Below, one piece after another: positions 10,211-20,457 of a DNA stretch of 23,367 nt. Positions within the stretch are counted from its first letter, which is position 1; every line of letters starts with the position of its first letter. The DNA is from Octopus sinensis (Eukaryota). The notes under the pieces were generated by a model. That model was not told where the DNA came from. It did not search any database and saw only the letters and a program-made list of their open reading frames with translations. A program made the translations under genes and the position numbers. The stretch is from contig NW_021836605.1 in NCBI RefSeq assembly GCF_006345805.1, forward strand, positions 1-23,367, in the 5' to 3' direction.

Positions 10211-11060
10211 GAATATTCCTTCCTGCTATCTCTCTCCTGCTCTTGCTGTCCCCTAATCTCTCTCTTTCTTTCACTGGCTGAGTAATCCTGTGTCCCCTCT
10301 ACAGCAACAAACCTGTTTCTACCCTCATTCTTGATCATTCTCTTTCCCTCCTTCTGTTGCTCTTACCCTTGGCCAGGTAACCATGCATCTCCTTTAGAAC
10401 AGCATGCTTCTTTCTTGTTAATTTCCACTCACTCTCTAGGTATCTGTTTCTGCCCTCATTCTTGTTAAGCCTCACTCTCTTTCTCTTGTTCTCTTTCACT
10501 TATATATTTATGAAAGAAACTGTGCTGAAGCCTATCAGATGTACATACTGATAGTATGTATATACTTGCAAAAAATTAAGTAATGAAATCCTTGCATCAT
10601 TCCAAAAAAGTTATTTTCTTGAATTTAGTTATCTTCAAATCATGTCCCTTTTTGCCAAGGTAGACTTTGCCTCTATGGCAAGGCATCTATTTCTGCCTCT
10701 CTGTCACACTCTAATCTTCCATCATCTGACACAAGATCACCTCCTCCAATGCCTCTTACTTTCTCAAGGACTCTTTGTCTTGCAAAATCACTTGGTGACC
10801 CTGCCTGTGCAGGTGTCACTTTAAAAACACCCAGTCCACATTGAAAGTTGTTGGCATTTGGAAGAACATCCACCAATAGAAACCACACCAAAACTGACCT
10901 TGCCTGAGTATCATGTAAAAAGCACCCAGCCCTCTCTATGGAAGGGCATCCCGCAGTAAAAACCATGCCAAAACAGACACAATAGCATAGCGAAGGCTCC
11001 CATGTCAGCCTTGGTTTCTATATCTGAATGCCTTTCCTAATGCCAACCACTTTAGTGTGT
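10211..11060 (+). mobile_element. Fragmented family C2 retroposon, interrupted at 10500-10672, with an inverted fragment at ~11000-11060
   Basis: CT-rich 5' part with repeated ctgtttctgccctc, then aaaaacacccag..ggaagggcatcc..aaaccatgccaaaacagac blocks. Confidence 0.55.
10510..10672 (+). repeat. Local direct duplication, copy 2
   Basis: See 9029-9188. Confidence 0.9.
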
Positions 11061-11107
11061 GTTGGGGGATTTTTTTCAAGCCAATTAGCGTAGGTGTAAG
11101 ATAAATA

Positions 11108-11340
11108 CAGTAAAAATAGGGAGGTCAGTGGGACCCCATTTAAACAGCCCTTCAGAAATCAAACCTACTTACAATACTCCCTGGGAGTTCATTGTATGAA
11201 ATTCATTGTCATTGCTCCAATTTAGACTCCAATGCCATGTATTTAGTTTAAAATTCAGTAAAAATAGGGGGTTAATGGGGCCCCAATTAATTGACCCTTA
11301 AAAAAATAGACCTCCTTAGGGCATACCCTGGGATTAGGGG
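11108..11340 (+). repeat. Two diverged ~148-bp-period tandem units, possibly inside a Helentron-like non-autonomous element
   Basis: cagtaaaaataggg...ggg(a/g)cccca...ccctggga occurs at 11108 and 11256. The tandem is seen; the class is a guess. Confidence 0.5.
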
Positions 11341-11499
11341 AGTTGCTGATTTGAGTTTTGTTGCCCTTGCACCAATGGTCTATGAGTAATTAACGAACAT
11401 AAAAACGTAGCGGACAGAGAAACAATATTCAAATTAATATTTATTGCCCCAGCATGGCCACAGCTCGTGAGCTGAAACTAGATAAAATAAAATTTAAAA

Positions 11500-11881
11500 A
11501 ATAATAAAGCTGAAGTTGTCTGTGTATAGCAGGTTTAGTAGCCTTCAACTAACACTATCTCTCCTGAAACCCTGTGGCGCAAGTTGACCAAAATTGAGAG
11601 TATGATAGAAGAAGGCTTGCTCTTCCTTCCGTAGAAGAAAAAATTCAAATCAGACCCTGTTAGAGTAAAAATTATTTACATCAAAAAGGTGCTTTTTTCT
11701 ATGAAAAACCCCTTTTTTTACGATATTTTGACTGCTGTGTTGCCATTTTTCGGTGTATTTCAACCTGAAAAACGTTCACTTAAAGAGAATAACAAGCTAC
11801 ATAATGCAAAAATTTTACTTTCAAAAATTCTAATTCTAAAGGGTTGAAACAAGCCCGAGCAACGCCGGGCGATTCTGCTAG
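11500..11881 (+). mobile_element. Non-autonomous Helitron-like element
   Basis: 3' hairpin gcccg-agcaacgc-cgggc (11853-11870), 7-nt spacer, CTAG (11878-11881), then T; 5' TC end not preserved. Confidence 0.7.
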
Positions 11882-11914
11882 TTAAGATATAAACAAGGGA
11901 GATAATGAAAAAGT

Positions 11915-12286
11915 ATCTACTTGGCCACTTGATCTGTTAAAGATAGAAACCAAATCCCTCTCCAGTCACATCCAACTGTGATATATTGGGACAAGACAAA
12001 TCACATTAGATGCGGTAAATTTAGATAATCTTCAGAAGACAGTATAGTCATGGCTGGAATACATTTGATCATAATATTAGAAAGATAATGGAAGATCATG
12101 TACATGGTCTTTACACCTGCTAGAAATACCAGCAAAGTTTCCTTTATGTTGCACCCAACAGTCTTTAAAAAAAGGACATTGTATAATGAAGTCCTACATA
12201 TACATGAAAGACTGGATGGTCATGGCTGGCACACAATTATCATAGATCTGCTCAATCAGTGCTGACCTAGAATAGGCAACAACAGC
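11915..12286 (+). mobile_element. Two tandem diverged copies of an old retroposon tail (family E); third copy at ~13405-13577
   Basis: Repeated gccaaat(c)tctctc..., gtcatggctgg(aat)...atcata blocks and (AAC)n-like tails. Confidence 0.55.
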
Positions 12287-12506
12287 TGCAGTGGAAGAGC
12301 TTCTATGTTTTTTTTTAAAGCAAGACACACTATCACTACAAGCAGAACTTCTCAGTAATCACTGAAACCACTCAGAGCTAACTAGCCAGCCAGCCAACCA
12401 CTACAACCACCACAACCACCATCATCATCATCATCATTATCACCCTCTCTCACAAAATCACTATAAGTAGCTTTTACTGTTCCTTCTTTCTCACTATTCA
12501 AACAGA

Positions 12507-13108
12507 ATGGGAAACATAAGTGTATGTGATCTGGAGTCACCTTGGAAACAAGGCTGCCTACTCAACGGCCTCAGATCACTAAAATGTAGATGTTGTGGCT
12601 ATCAGTGAGACCAGACTTTCTGATTTACAAAGTTTTAGGCCCATTCTCAGTGGTTCTGAGATTTATTTGTCTCCATGTTAGCTGAGAACAGGGGTAGAAC
12701 TGCAGTATTCCAGAGTGGTTTAGATCCCAAAATAAGGGCCATCTTCCTGGACCCAAGTTGGTTGTCCTGGATGTCAGCAGTAGTGACTGGAGTGTTTTCA
12801 GACTACTGGCTGTTTATGCTCCAGCAGGGGCAGGACAGCCAGATTTCTTCAGATGTCTGGACGTTTTCCTGGGAACATCTCAACCTTTAGTGGGTGTCTG
12901 GAATATCATCTTGGATGCACATTTAGATTATGTGGAGCTAGCCGTTAGAAGAGGAGGGTGCAAAGGCCTCACATACCTGCTCAAACACTTTCAACTGTCT
13001 GATAGTTACCGACTGGATTTCCTGAATATGTCAATGTGGACATGGACGAATTGCATAGGGTCATCCAGGTCATATCTAGATAGAGTTTTCTGTAGGCCAG
13101 TAGATAAG
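12507..13108 (+). pseudogene. L1/Tx1-clade LINE AP-endonuclease (ORF2 N-terminus) remnant
   Basis: Frameshifted reading: NVDVVAISETRL...IFLDP..LVVLDV..FRLLAVYAP...WNIILD...DSYRL...WTWTN...SRSYLDRVF, matching the APE motifs ET, VYAP, GD(W/F)N and S.LDR. Confidence 0.8.
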
Positions 13109-13662
13109 CTGATTTGTCCATATTGTCATCTTGTCTATGAGAACCAACAGCTTAACATCAGTGTAGAATTGAAATTTCCCCTAATATAACTTTGCACTAA
13201 CTTTAAGTAAATAGTCCACGCATAATATTTCAAGTCTTTAACCATTAAGACAGCAATTTCCTCTGCTATGAGTGTGTCCAAATAATCTATACTCATAAAA
13301 AGCTTCCTTAAATTCAATTTCCTGTTACATTTTTTTCTGAGAAGAACTGACAACTTTGTCAACATCATCAACAATATAAAGAGACCTAGTATAGAATGGC
13401 CTCTGTGTGACAGCTCAGTCTACAAGAATTAGTAGCCAAATCTCTCTCAAATTACACCTTCCTATCTTAAAAAGGTCACATTACATCATGCATTCTAGGA
13501 CACATTATATGTGGAAAAGTAAGATGGCCATGGCAGGAATTCCTTTAATCATAGGATTTTAAATCAACAACCACAACTAATATTTAATCACATATTCAGC
13601 ATTGCTGGTTATAGTCACCATTCTTATATTATATGGAGATGGCATGGGGCTCAAAGGTTATT

Positions 13663-14314
13663 CTAAACCTTTAGCATTCAGATTATTTTGTCAAATTTAA
13701 TACTTTTTTGTTTACATTTTTAAAAACTAATCATGTATTGTGATGTAGCTTTGAGATTTCAAGGACGTGATTGTTTATTTTTAGAATGACATTGCAGAGT
13801 AGGTGTGAGAGGCTGGATCTGGCCAGTTTGTACATAAAACAAGTAGAAAATTTGGGCTGGATACGGTCTGTTTAAATACCTATTTCTTTACTAGATACAA
13901 GGGGCTAAACACAGAGAGGACAAGCAAGGAGAGACAAACGGATTAAGTCGATTATATCGACCCCAGTACGTAACTGGTACTTATTTAATTGACCCTGAAA
14001 GGATGAAAGGCAAAGTTGACCTCGGCGGAATTTGAATTCAGAACATAACGGCAGACGAAATACCTACTTCTTTACTACCCACAAGGGGCTAAACACAGAG
14101 AAGACAAGCAAGGACAGACAAACAGATTAAGTCGATTATATCAGCCCCAGTGCATAACTGGTACTTATTTAATCGACCCCGAAAGGATGAAAGGCAAAGT
14201 CGTTGACCTCGGTGGAATTTGAACTCAGAACGTAGCGGCAGATGAAATACCACAAAGCATTTCACCCAGCATGCTAACGTTTCTGCCAACTCAGTTTAAA
14301 TACCACAGGGTTAA
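13663..14314. mobile_element. piggyBac-like MITE (TTAA-CCC...GGG-TTAA type), degenerate, split near its right end by a SINE B dimer
   Basis: Left ctaa-acctttagcatt, right aataccacaggg-ttaa; 8 of 12 TIR positions match. Confidence 0.45.
13881..14293 (-). mobile_element. SINE B head-to-tail dimer, 11-bp TSD
   Basis: TSD gtttaaatacc at 13870-13880 and 14294-14304; internal junction at 14064/14065. Confidence 0.9.
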
Positions 14315-14681
14315 GCACTAAAGATTTGTTATCTGTTTTGAAGTTGGACATTAGTTGAAGGAGATTTGACTGTTGAGTTGTTGACCTCAAAAGTGATGAG
14401 CTTCAGACAAGATGATTTAGCAGTGGGGATATTGGAATGGCGGTACAGGTACACTACCAATTTTCCAGCACTTTTGGTTCCAGAACTGTACCAAAGTATC
14501 CACTTTGTTGGATTAATAGAAGGCACATAATAATGATTTGTGATAAATTCCAAGAAAACTGATACCACACTATTAATAACATTTTCGCTATTACACCTTC
14601 ATGACACAACTTTTTTATTCATGAGAAACGTGTTACTAGTGTGAAAATATTTCCTGGAAATGGAGATACACAACTAAACAT

Positions 14682-15089
14682 TGGTTTTAAATTTTAGCAC
14701 AAAGCCAGCAATTTCAGGGTTGGAGCTAAGTTGATTACACCAATCCCAGTGCTCAACTGGTACTTATTTTATCGGCCCTGGAAGAATGAAAGGCAAAGTC
14801 AACCCTGGCAGCATTTGAAATCAGAACGTCAAGACAGATGAAATGCTACTAAGCATTATACCCTGCATACTCTCTCTTTACTCTTTACTCTTTTACATGT
14901 TTCAGTCATTTGACTGCGGCCATGCTGGAGCACCACCTTTAATCGAGCAACTTGGCCCCGGGACTTATTCTTTGTAAGCCCAGTACTTATTCTATCGGCC
15001 TCTTTTGCCGAACCGCTAATAGACGGGGACATAAACACACCAGCATTGGTTGTCAAGCAATGCTAGGGGGACAAGCAGACACACAAACA

Positions 15090-15127
<38 letters not shown>

Positions 15128-15316
15128 ACGAGCTTCTTTCAGTTTCCGTCCACCAAATCCACTCACAAGGCTTTGGTCGGCCCGAGGTTATAGTAGAAGA
15201 CACTTGCCCAAGGCGCCACGCAGTGGGACTGAACCCGGAACCATGTGGTTGGTAAGCAAGCTACTTACCACACAGCCACTCCAGCACCTATATGCAAACA
15301 ATTGTGCCAGCTGACC
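14682..15316 (-). mobile_element. SINE B' host copy split by the family A SINE at 14871-15290
   Basis: Left part ends ...aagcattataccctgcat; the head resumes as atgcaaacaattgtgccagctgacc at 15292-15316. Confidence 0.7.
14871..15290 (-). mobile_element. Full-length family A tRNA-derived SINE
   Basis: On the element strand: A box tggctgtgtgg, B box ggttcagtccc, internal (TG)n, tail hairpin cagtc-aaat-gactg then (AAAGAGT)n. Confidence 0.9.
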
Positions 15317-15529
15317 CCCTCAAAACAGAATTGAATATTAAAAGGTATTCTGTCTAATATTCTACCAATTCTGTCAGAATGATGATTTTTTTTCCTCATA
15401 GACACAATGGAGACGACTGCAGACAATGGAATCCCCCTCAGTATTTTACTGATCCTTATTTCATTAAAGCTGGAGATATGAAAGACAATACCAACACTGA
15501 CAGGAGTTGGAATCAATCTTTGATGCTGC

Positions 15530-15770
15530 ACAGGCATGGATACATGGTTAAGAAGCTTGCTTCCTGGCTACATGGTTCTGAGTTCAGTCCCACTGTGGGG
15601 AATTTTAAGCAGGTGTCTTCCATAGTAATCCGAAGTTGACCAAAGCCTTGTGAATGGATTTAGTAGACAGAAACTGAAAGAAGTTTGTCTTATATATACG
15701 TGTGTATGTATGTGTGCGTGTGTATGTGTTGTGTGTGCATGCATGTGTCTGTATATAAGTATTTGTATAC
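15530..15770 (+). mobile_element. Diverged family A-type SINE 5' half ending in its internal microsatellite
   Basis: gagttcagtcccactg...caaagccttgtgaatggatttagtagacagaaactgaaagaag. Confidence 0.75.
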
Positions 15771-15774
15771 ATGT

Positions 15775-16197
15775 CGAAGGCAGCGAGCTAGCAGAAACGT
15801 TAGTGTGCCGGGCGAAATGCGTAGCCGTATTTCGTCTGTCGTTACGTTCTGAGTTCAAATTCCGCCAAGGTCGACTTTGCCTTTCATCCTTTCGGGGACG
15901 ATAAATTAAGTACCAGTTACGCACTGGGGTCGATGTAATCAACTTAATACCTTTGTCTTTCCTTGTTTGTCCTCTCTGTGTTTAGCCCCTTGTGGGTAGT
16001 AAAGAAATAGGTATTTCGTCTGTAATTACGTTCTGAGTTCAAATTCTGCCGAGGTCGACTTTGCCTTTCACCCTTTCGGGGTTGATAAATAAAGTACCAG
16101 TTTCACACTGGGATCAGTCGATGTAATTGACTTAATCCCTTTGTCTGTCCTTGTTTGTCCCCTCTGTGTTTAGCCCCTTGTGAGCAGTAAAGAAATA
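15775..16197 (+). mobile_element. SINE B head-to-tail dimer
   Basis: Internal junction aaagaaata|ggtatttcgtc at 16009/16010; possible TSD agtatttgtata at 15758-15769 and 16202-16213. Confidence 0.9.
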
Positions 16198-16255
16198 TGT
16201 GAGTATTTGTATATATGTGTGTGTGTATATGCTTATATATATAAATGTATATATA

Positions 16256-17140
16256 TGAGGTCTGATCAGTAAGTATCCAGACTGTTGCAATAGTAACAAA
16301 GCACGAAGAGTGAAGCCACTTGTCAAAGATTGACCCTGAACTCTGCTGTGCATACACACTAAGTTTTAACGTTCTAGATCACTTCTGCTGTTTACAGCAG
16401 TGCTTGGAAGGAAGGTGTGTAGTGTGTGATCTTTGCATTGACCATAACAGAGAAAGTTGTCATGGTGATACTTGCTCAGAGACCTACACAAAGTTACAGA
16501 AAGTGTATGGAGAGGAGTGTATGAGCCGCACACAGGTGTACGAGTGGTTCAGACATTTCCAAGATGGCCAAACAAATGTCAATATTGATGAATGCTCTGG
16601 GAGACCTGCAACCAGCAGAGCTGAAGAAAACATTGCAGATGTGCATGCAGCTGTGAGGAGAAATTGTTGAATCAGCATCTGCGAGTTATCAGAAAATGTG
16701 CAGATTAATTATGGTCCAGTTCAGTTCATTATCACAGAAGATTTGGGTATGAGATGCATGTCTACCAATTTTGTGCTAAAAGTACTTTCAGCTGACCAAA
16801 AAGACACTTGGGTTCCAGTTGCACAAAATCTTTATTATGTTGAGAACAATGAAAACTTTTTGAAAGCTTTGTGTAGGCCTCTGAGCAGGTATCACCCAGC
16901 TTTTGGCAAAATTTGATGCAGATTCTCTGCCCAACTTTCTATGTCATGGTCAATGCGATGATCACATGCCACACACCTTCCTTCCAAGCACTGCTGTAAA
17001 GGCAGAAGTGAGCTAGAATGTTAAAACTTAGTGTGCATGCACAACAGAGTTCAAGGTCAATCTGTACCAAGCAGCTTTACATTGTGTGCTTTAGCTTCGT
17101 TACTATGGCAACAGTCCGAATACTTATTGATCAGACCATG
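16256..17140 (+). mobile_element. Non-autonomous fold-back mariner (two left ends; HTH region only, no DDD domain)
   Basis: TA on both sides; inverted arms 16256-~16493 and ~16866-17140; remnant ETYTKLQKVYGEECMSRTQVYEWF...SGRP...EDLGMR. Confidence 0.9.
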
Positions 17141-17150
17141 TATATGTATA

Positions 17151-17390
17151 TCATCATCATCATCATCATCATCATTTAACCTCCATTTTCCGTGCTGAAT
17201 GGTTTGACAGGAGCTGGCAACCTGGGGACTTGCACCAACTCCAACTGTCTGTTTTGTCATAGTTTCTATGCCTGGACGCCCTTCCTAATGCCAACCACTT
17301 TACAGAGCGTACTGGACGCATCAGCAGAGGTGCTTTTTACATGGCACCAGCACAGAGTATTTTCCTGTGGCATCAGCACAGGTGCTTTTG
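17151..17390 (-). mobile_element. Family C2 RTE-tail retroposon
   Basis: (CAT)n tail and the ctggacgcccttcctaatgccaaccactttacagag block. Confidence 0.8.
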
Positions 17391-17937
17391 TATAGCTTCA
17401 TGTATGTGTATGTGTGTGTGTGTGTGTGTGTATGTATTTATACTGTATTTTAACTTACTCTCTTTAATGTGTCTGTCTCAGCTTTGTTTTTCTCATTCTC
17501 TCTAATTTCAGTGTTCCTTATAGTCTTTCTTTCTCGCCTTTGGTATATTTCCATATTATTTCTTTTATCACCACACTATCAACTCTTAACCTCCCCTATC
17601 ATTTCACTGCTTCCCATACATCATATGTCATCTCTTTATCTCACTTCCCTTTATAGTAAATTATCCATTTTCATTTTCCCTCTCTTCTTTCTTACTCCTT
17701 CTTTCACAGTGACTTTGTTTCTCTACTTCCTTTTCCTTTTAATATTAGAATATCTTTGTTTATTTGCATGCTTTAATCCCAACTATAATTTTTAATCTTT
17801 AATGTTTATTTTAAGCTTAGATCTATATTTTATATCCTATTTTAATTTCCTATTCGTGACATAGTCAATCTTATTCTGTTAATTTTTCACTCATATCTAC
17901 AGCATATCTTTGACATATTGTTTTTCAATTCAAACTT

Positions 17938-18870
17938 TATATATATATAAAATATGAATTAGAGATAAAACCATTATTTTGCAACTCAAACAGTGATAGA
18001 CATAAACCAATACATAAATGACAAATAATATATATTTTTATAAAACATATAACTAGATCACAAAAAGTTTAAAAATGAATAATCAATATATAATAAGTAA
18101 AAAAACTACGTACGTTTCATGGCTACAATTAAATTCGAATTACAATTAAGTTTAAATTCAATTTAAAATTATAGTCAATCTTCAGGTTAAGGATAATAGT
18201 TAAATAAATAAGCAAATAGAATTAAACAATATTTATTTTAAAAATAAATAAAATAATAATTTTTCTTATAGAAAAAAACTCCATTAACTAAATTTGAAAC
18301 TTAAAACAGAATTATTTCCTACAACACATTTATTATGTTAAATATTTAATTTTTAAGGTAAAAAATAGATAGAAATATGTATTTATCTTTGAAGATATAA
18401 TTTGGCTTAAAAAAACATAATAAACTATCAACTATCTTTAACTCAGTTATACTCCAATATTTAATTACCAAATTATTGAACAAAATAATCACTATTAATA
18501 TTTTTAGATTTAAGTTCACATCTAATAATTATAAAATAATAAATACATAAAAATAAGTATCTAAATTATAATCAACAATATAGTAATTAAAAATCTAAAA
18601 TTTTCTCTATCAATAAACATATAACCAAATATAATTATATTATAAATATTAATAAGTAAACATAATTGTAATTCAAATTTAATTGTAGCCATGAAACGTA
18701 CGTAGCTTTTTTTACTTATTATATATTGATCATTCATTTTTATACTTTTTGAGATCTATTTATAGGTTTTATAAAAGTATATTTTATTTGTTTTTTATGT
18801 ATTGGTTTATGTCTATCACTGAGTTGCATAATAGTGGTTTTATCTCTTAATTTATATTTTATATATTTAT
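17938..18870. repeat. ~215-bp inverted repeat around an AT-rich ~500-bp spacer; probable Penelope-like LTR with inverted partial copy
   Basis: Arms ~17938-18153 and ~18657-18870 are reverse-complement colinear; hammerhead-like fold on the minus strand at 18104-18188. Confidence 0.8.
18104..18188 (-). ncRNA. Candidate minimal type I hammerhead ribozyme
   Basis: AAC-CUGAAGA-UUGACUAUAAUU...AAUUGUAGCCAU-GAAAC-GUAC-GUA/GUU; stem I only 3 bp. Confidence 0.45.
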
Positions 18871-18935
18871 ATTGTGAAATTTCATTTAATACTAAATTGA
18901 ATTTTTCCCTGTAAGTTTGGATTTATACTCCCTAA

Positions 18936-18992
<57 letters not shown>

Positions 18993-19217
18993 CCATTATA
19001 GTTTCAATCTTCACTTACATTCCACTGAATACTGCTATTTTAAAAATTGCCCAATTAGCTTTAAATGCCTATTTGTTGAACTGGTAATCATGGTAACCAT
19101 ATACACTCACAACTTACTAAAATATTTCTTTACTAGTCTGTATTATCACAACTGTTACACGAAATGCGGAGTTATACTTTGTGAAATCTTTTTTGGTTTC
19201 AATAAAATGAAATCTAT

Positions 19218-19530
19218 ATCATCATCATTGTCATCATTTAATATCTGTTTTCATGCTGGCCTTGGGTTTGATAGTTTGACCGGAGCTGGCCATCCAGAGA
19301 GCTGTCCTGGCACCAATTGCCTGTTTTGGCATGGTTTCTATGGATCGATGCCCTTCATAACACCAACCACTTTACAGAGTGCTGGGTGCTTTTAATGTGC
19401 TACCATTTTAATGTGGCACTGGAAGGAGTGTAGTTTTAGGAACCATGCCAAAACAGACAACTGGAGCCTGGTGTAGGTCTCTGACTTGCCAGTTCCTGTC
19501 AAACCATCATTGAAAATAAACATTAAATGA
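19218..19530. mobile_element. Two C2 retroposon 3' ends in head-to-head orientation (19218-19410 minus, 19436-19530 plus)
   Basis: tttggcatggtttc on minus versus aaccatgccaaaacagac on plus; (GAT)n-type tails point outward. Confidence 0.7.
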
Positions 19531-19672
19531 TGAGGATGTAAACATTAAATGATGATGATATAAACATTAAATAATGACGATGTAAACATTAAATGATGAT
19601 GATGTAAACATTAAATGATGATGTAAACATTAAATGATGATGATGTAAACATTATATGATAGTGATGTAAAC
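19517..19672 (+). repeat. Minisatellite (TAAACATTAAATGATGATGATG) x7
   Basis: Seven 19-22-bp units plus a partial unit, read directly. Confidence 0.95.
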
Positions 19673-19709
19673 GCACGCACACACATATATACATGTGTGT
19701 GTGTGTGTG

Positions 19710-19927
19710 TTACTGTCTCCTTGCCTTGACATGATAGTTGTGAAAAAAATGTTACCTTCATACAAGAATGGTCCTTCATCTCCAATCTTTGATGAGAACA
19801 TGTTTAGCCAAGGGGAAATATTACCTTACATAGAAGCAGGTCAGGGCTGCTTCAACAAGTTCTGTCCAACTTATGCATACAAGGAAGAAAGTGATGAAGA
19901 GGACATTAAATGATGATGATGATGATG
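19710..19927 (+). mobile_element. SINE 3' part with RTE-type terminus (family D)
   Basis: Follows a (TG)n tract and ends ggacattaaatgatgatgatg like C1/C2. Confidence 0.6.
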
Positions 19928-20044
19928 TACAATATCAGACATAGTTTGACTGGTACTTGTTATATCAAGCCTTGAAGGATGACAGGGTAAACTTGGATAG
20001 GGAGAGGAAACAGCATATAAAGGAGCACAAAGTTCAGAATAACC

Positions 20045-20457
20045 TATTTCTTTATTACCCACAAGGGGCTAAACACAGAGAGGACAAACAAGGACAGGCA
20101 GATGGATTAAGTCAATTATATCGACCCCAGTGCGTAACTGGTGGTTGATAAATTCATTGACCCCAAAAGGATGAAAGGCAAAGTCGACCTTGGCGGAATT
20201 TGAACTCAGAACGTAACGGCAGACGAAATACCTATTTCTTTATTACCCACAAGGGGCTAAACACAGAGGGGACAAACAAGGACAGACAAATGGATTAAGT
20301 CGATTACATCAACCTCAGTGTGTAACTGGTACTTTATTTATTGACCCCGAAAGGATGAAAGGCAAAGTCGACCTCGGCGGAATTTGAACACAGAACGTAA
20401 CAGTAGATGAAATACGGCTAAGCATTTCACCCGGTGTGCTAACGATTCTGCCAGCTC
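20045..20457 (-). mobile_element. SINE B head-to-tail dimer
   Basis: Internal junction gacgaaatacc|tatttc at 20232/20233; no clear TSD. Confidence 0.9.

Noticed and set aside
13135-13374. 79-aa minus-strand ORF
   Set aside because: No recognisable homology; length is within chance expectation.
14329-14568. Non-repeat stretch open on both strands (79 aa minus, ~62 codons plus)
   Set aside because: No recognisable domain or convincing splice sites; needs RNA-seq or blastx.
15379-15639. 86-aa ORF after a pyrimidine tract and AG at 15401
   Set aside because: No known motif, runs into a SINE head, no donor site found.
17469-17795. 108-aa hydrophobic ORF resembling a membrane protein
   Set aside because: Product of a CT-rich low-complexity tract.
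18190-18650. Possible mitochondrial insertion (NUMT) in the AT-rich spacer
   Set aside because: No recognisable mitochondrial rRNA, tRNA or protein motif; a blastn against mollusc mitogenomes would settle it.
19517-19672. CRISPR-like regular repeat
   Set aside because: Contiguous tandem units without unique spacers, in a eukaryotic context.
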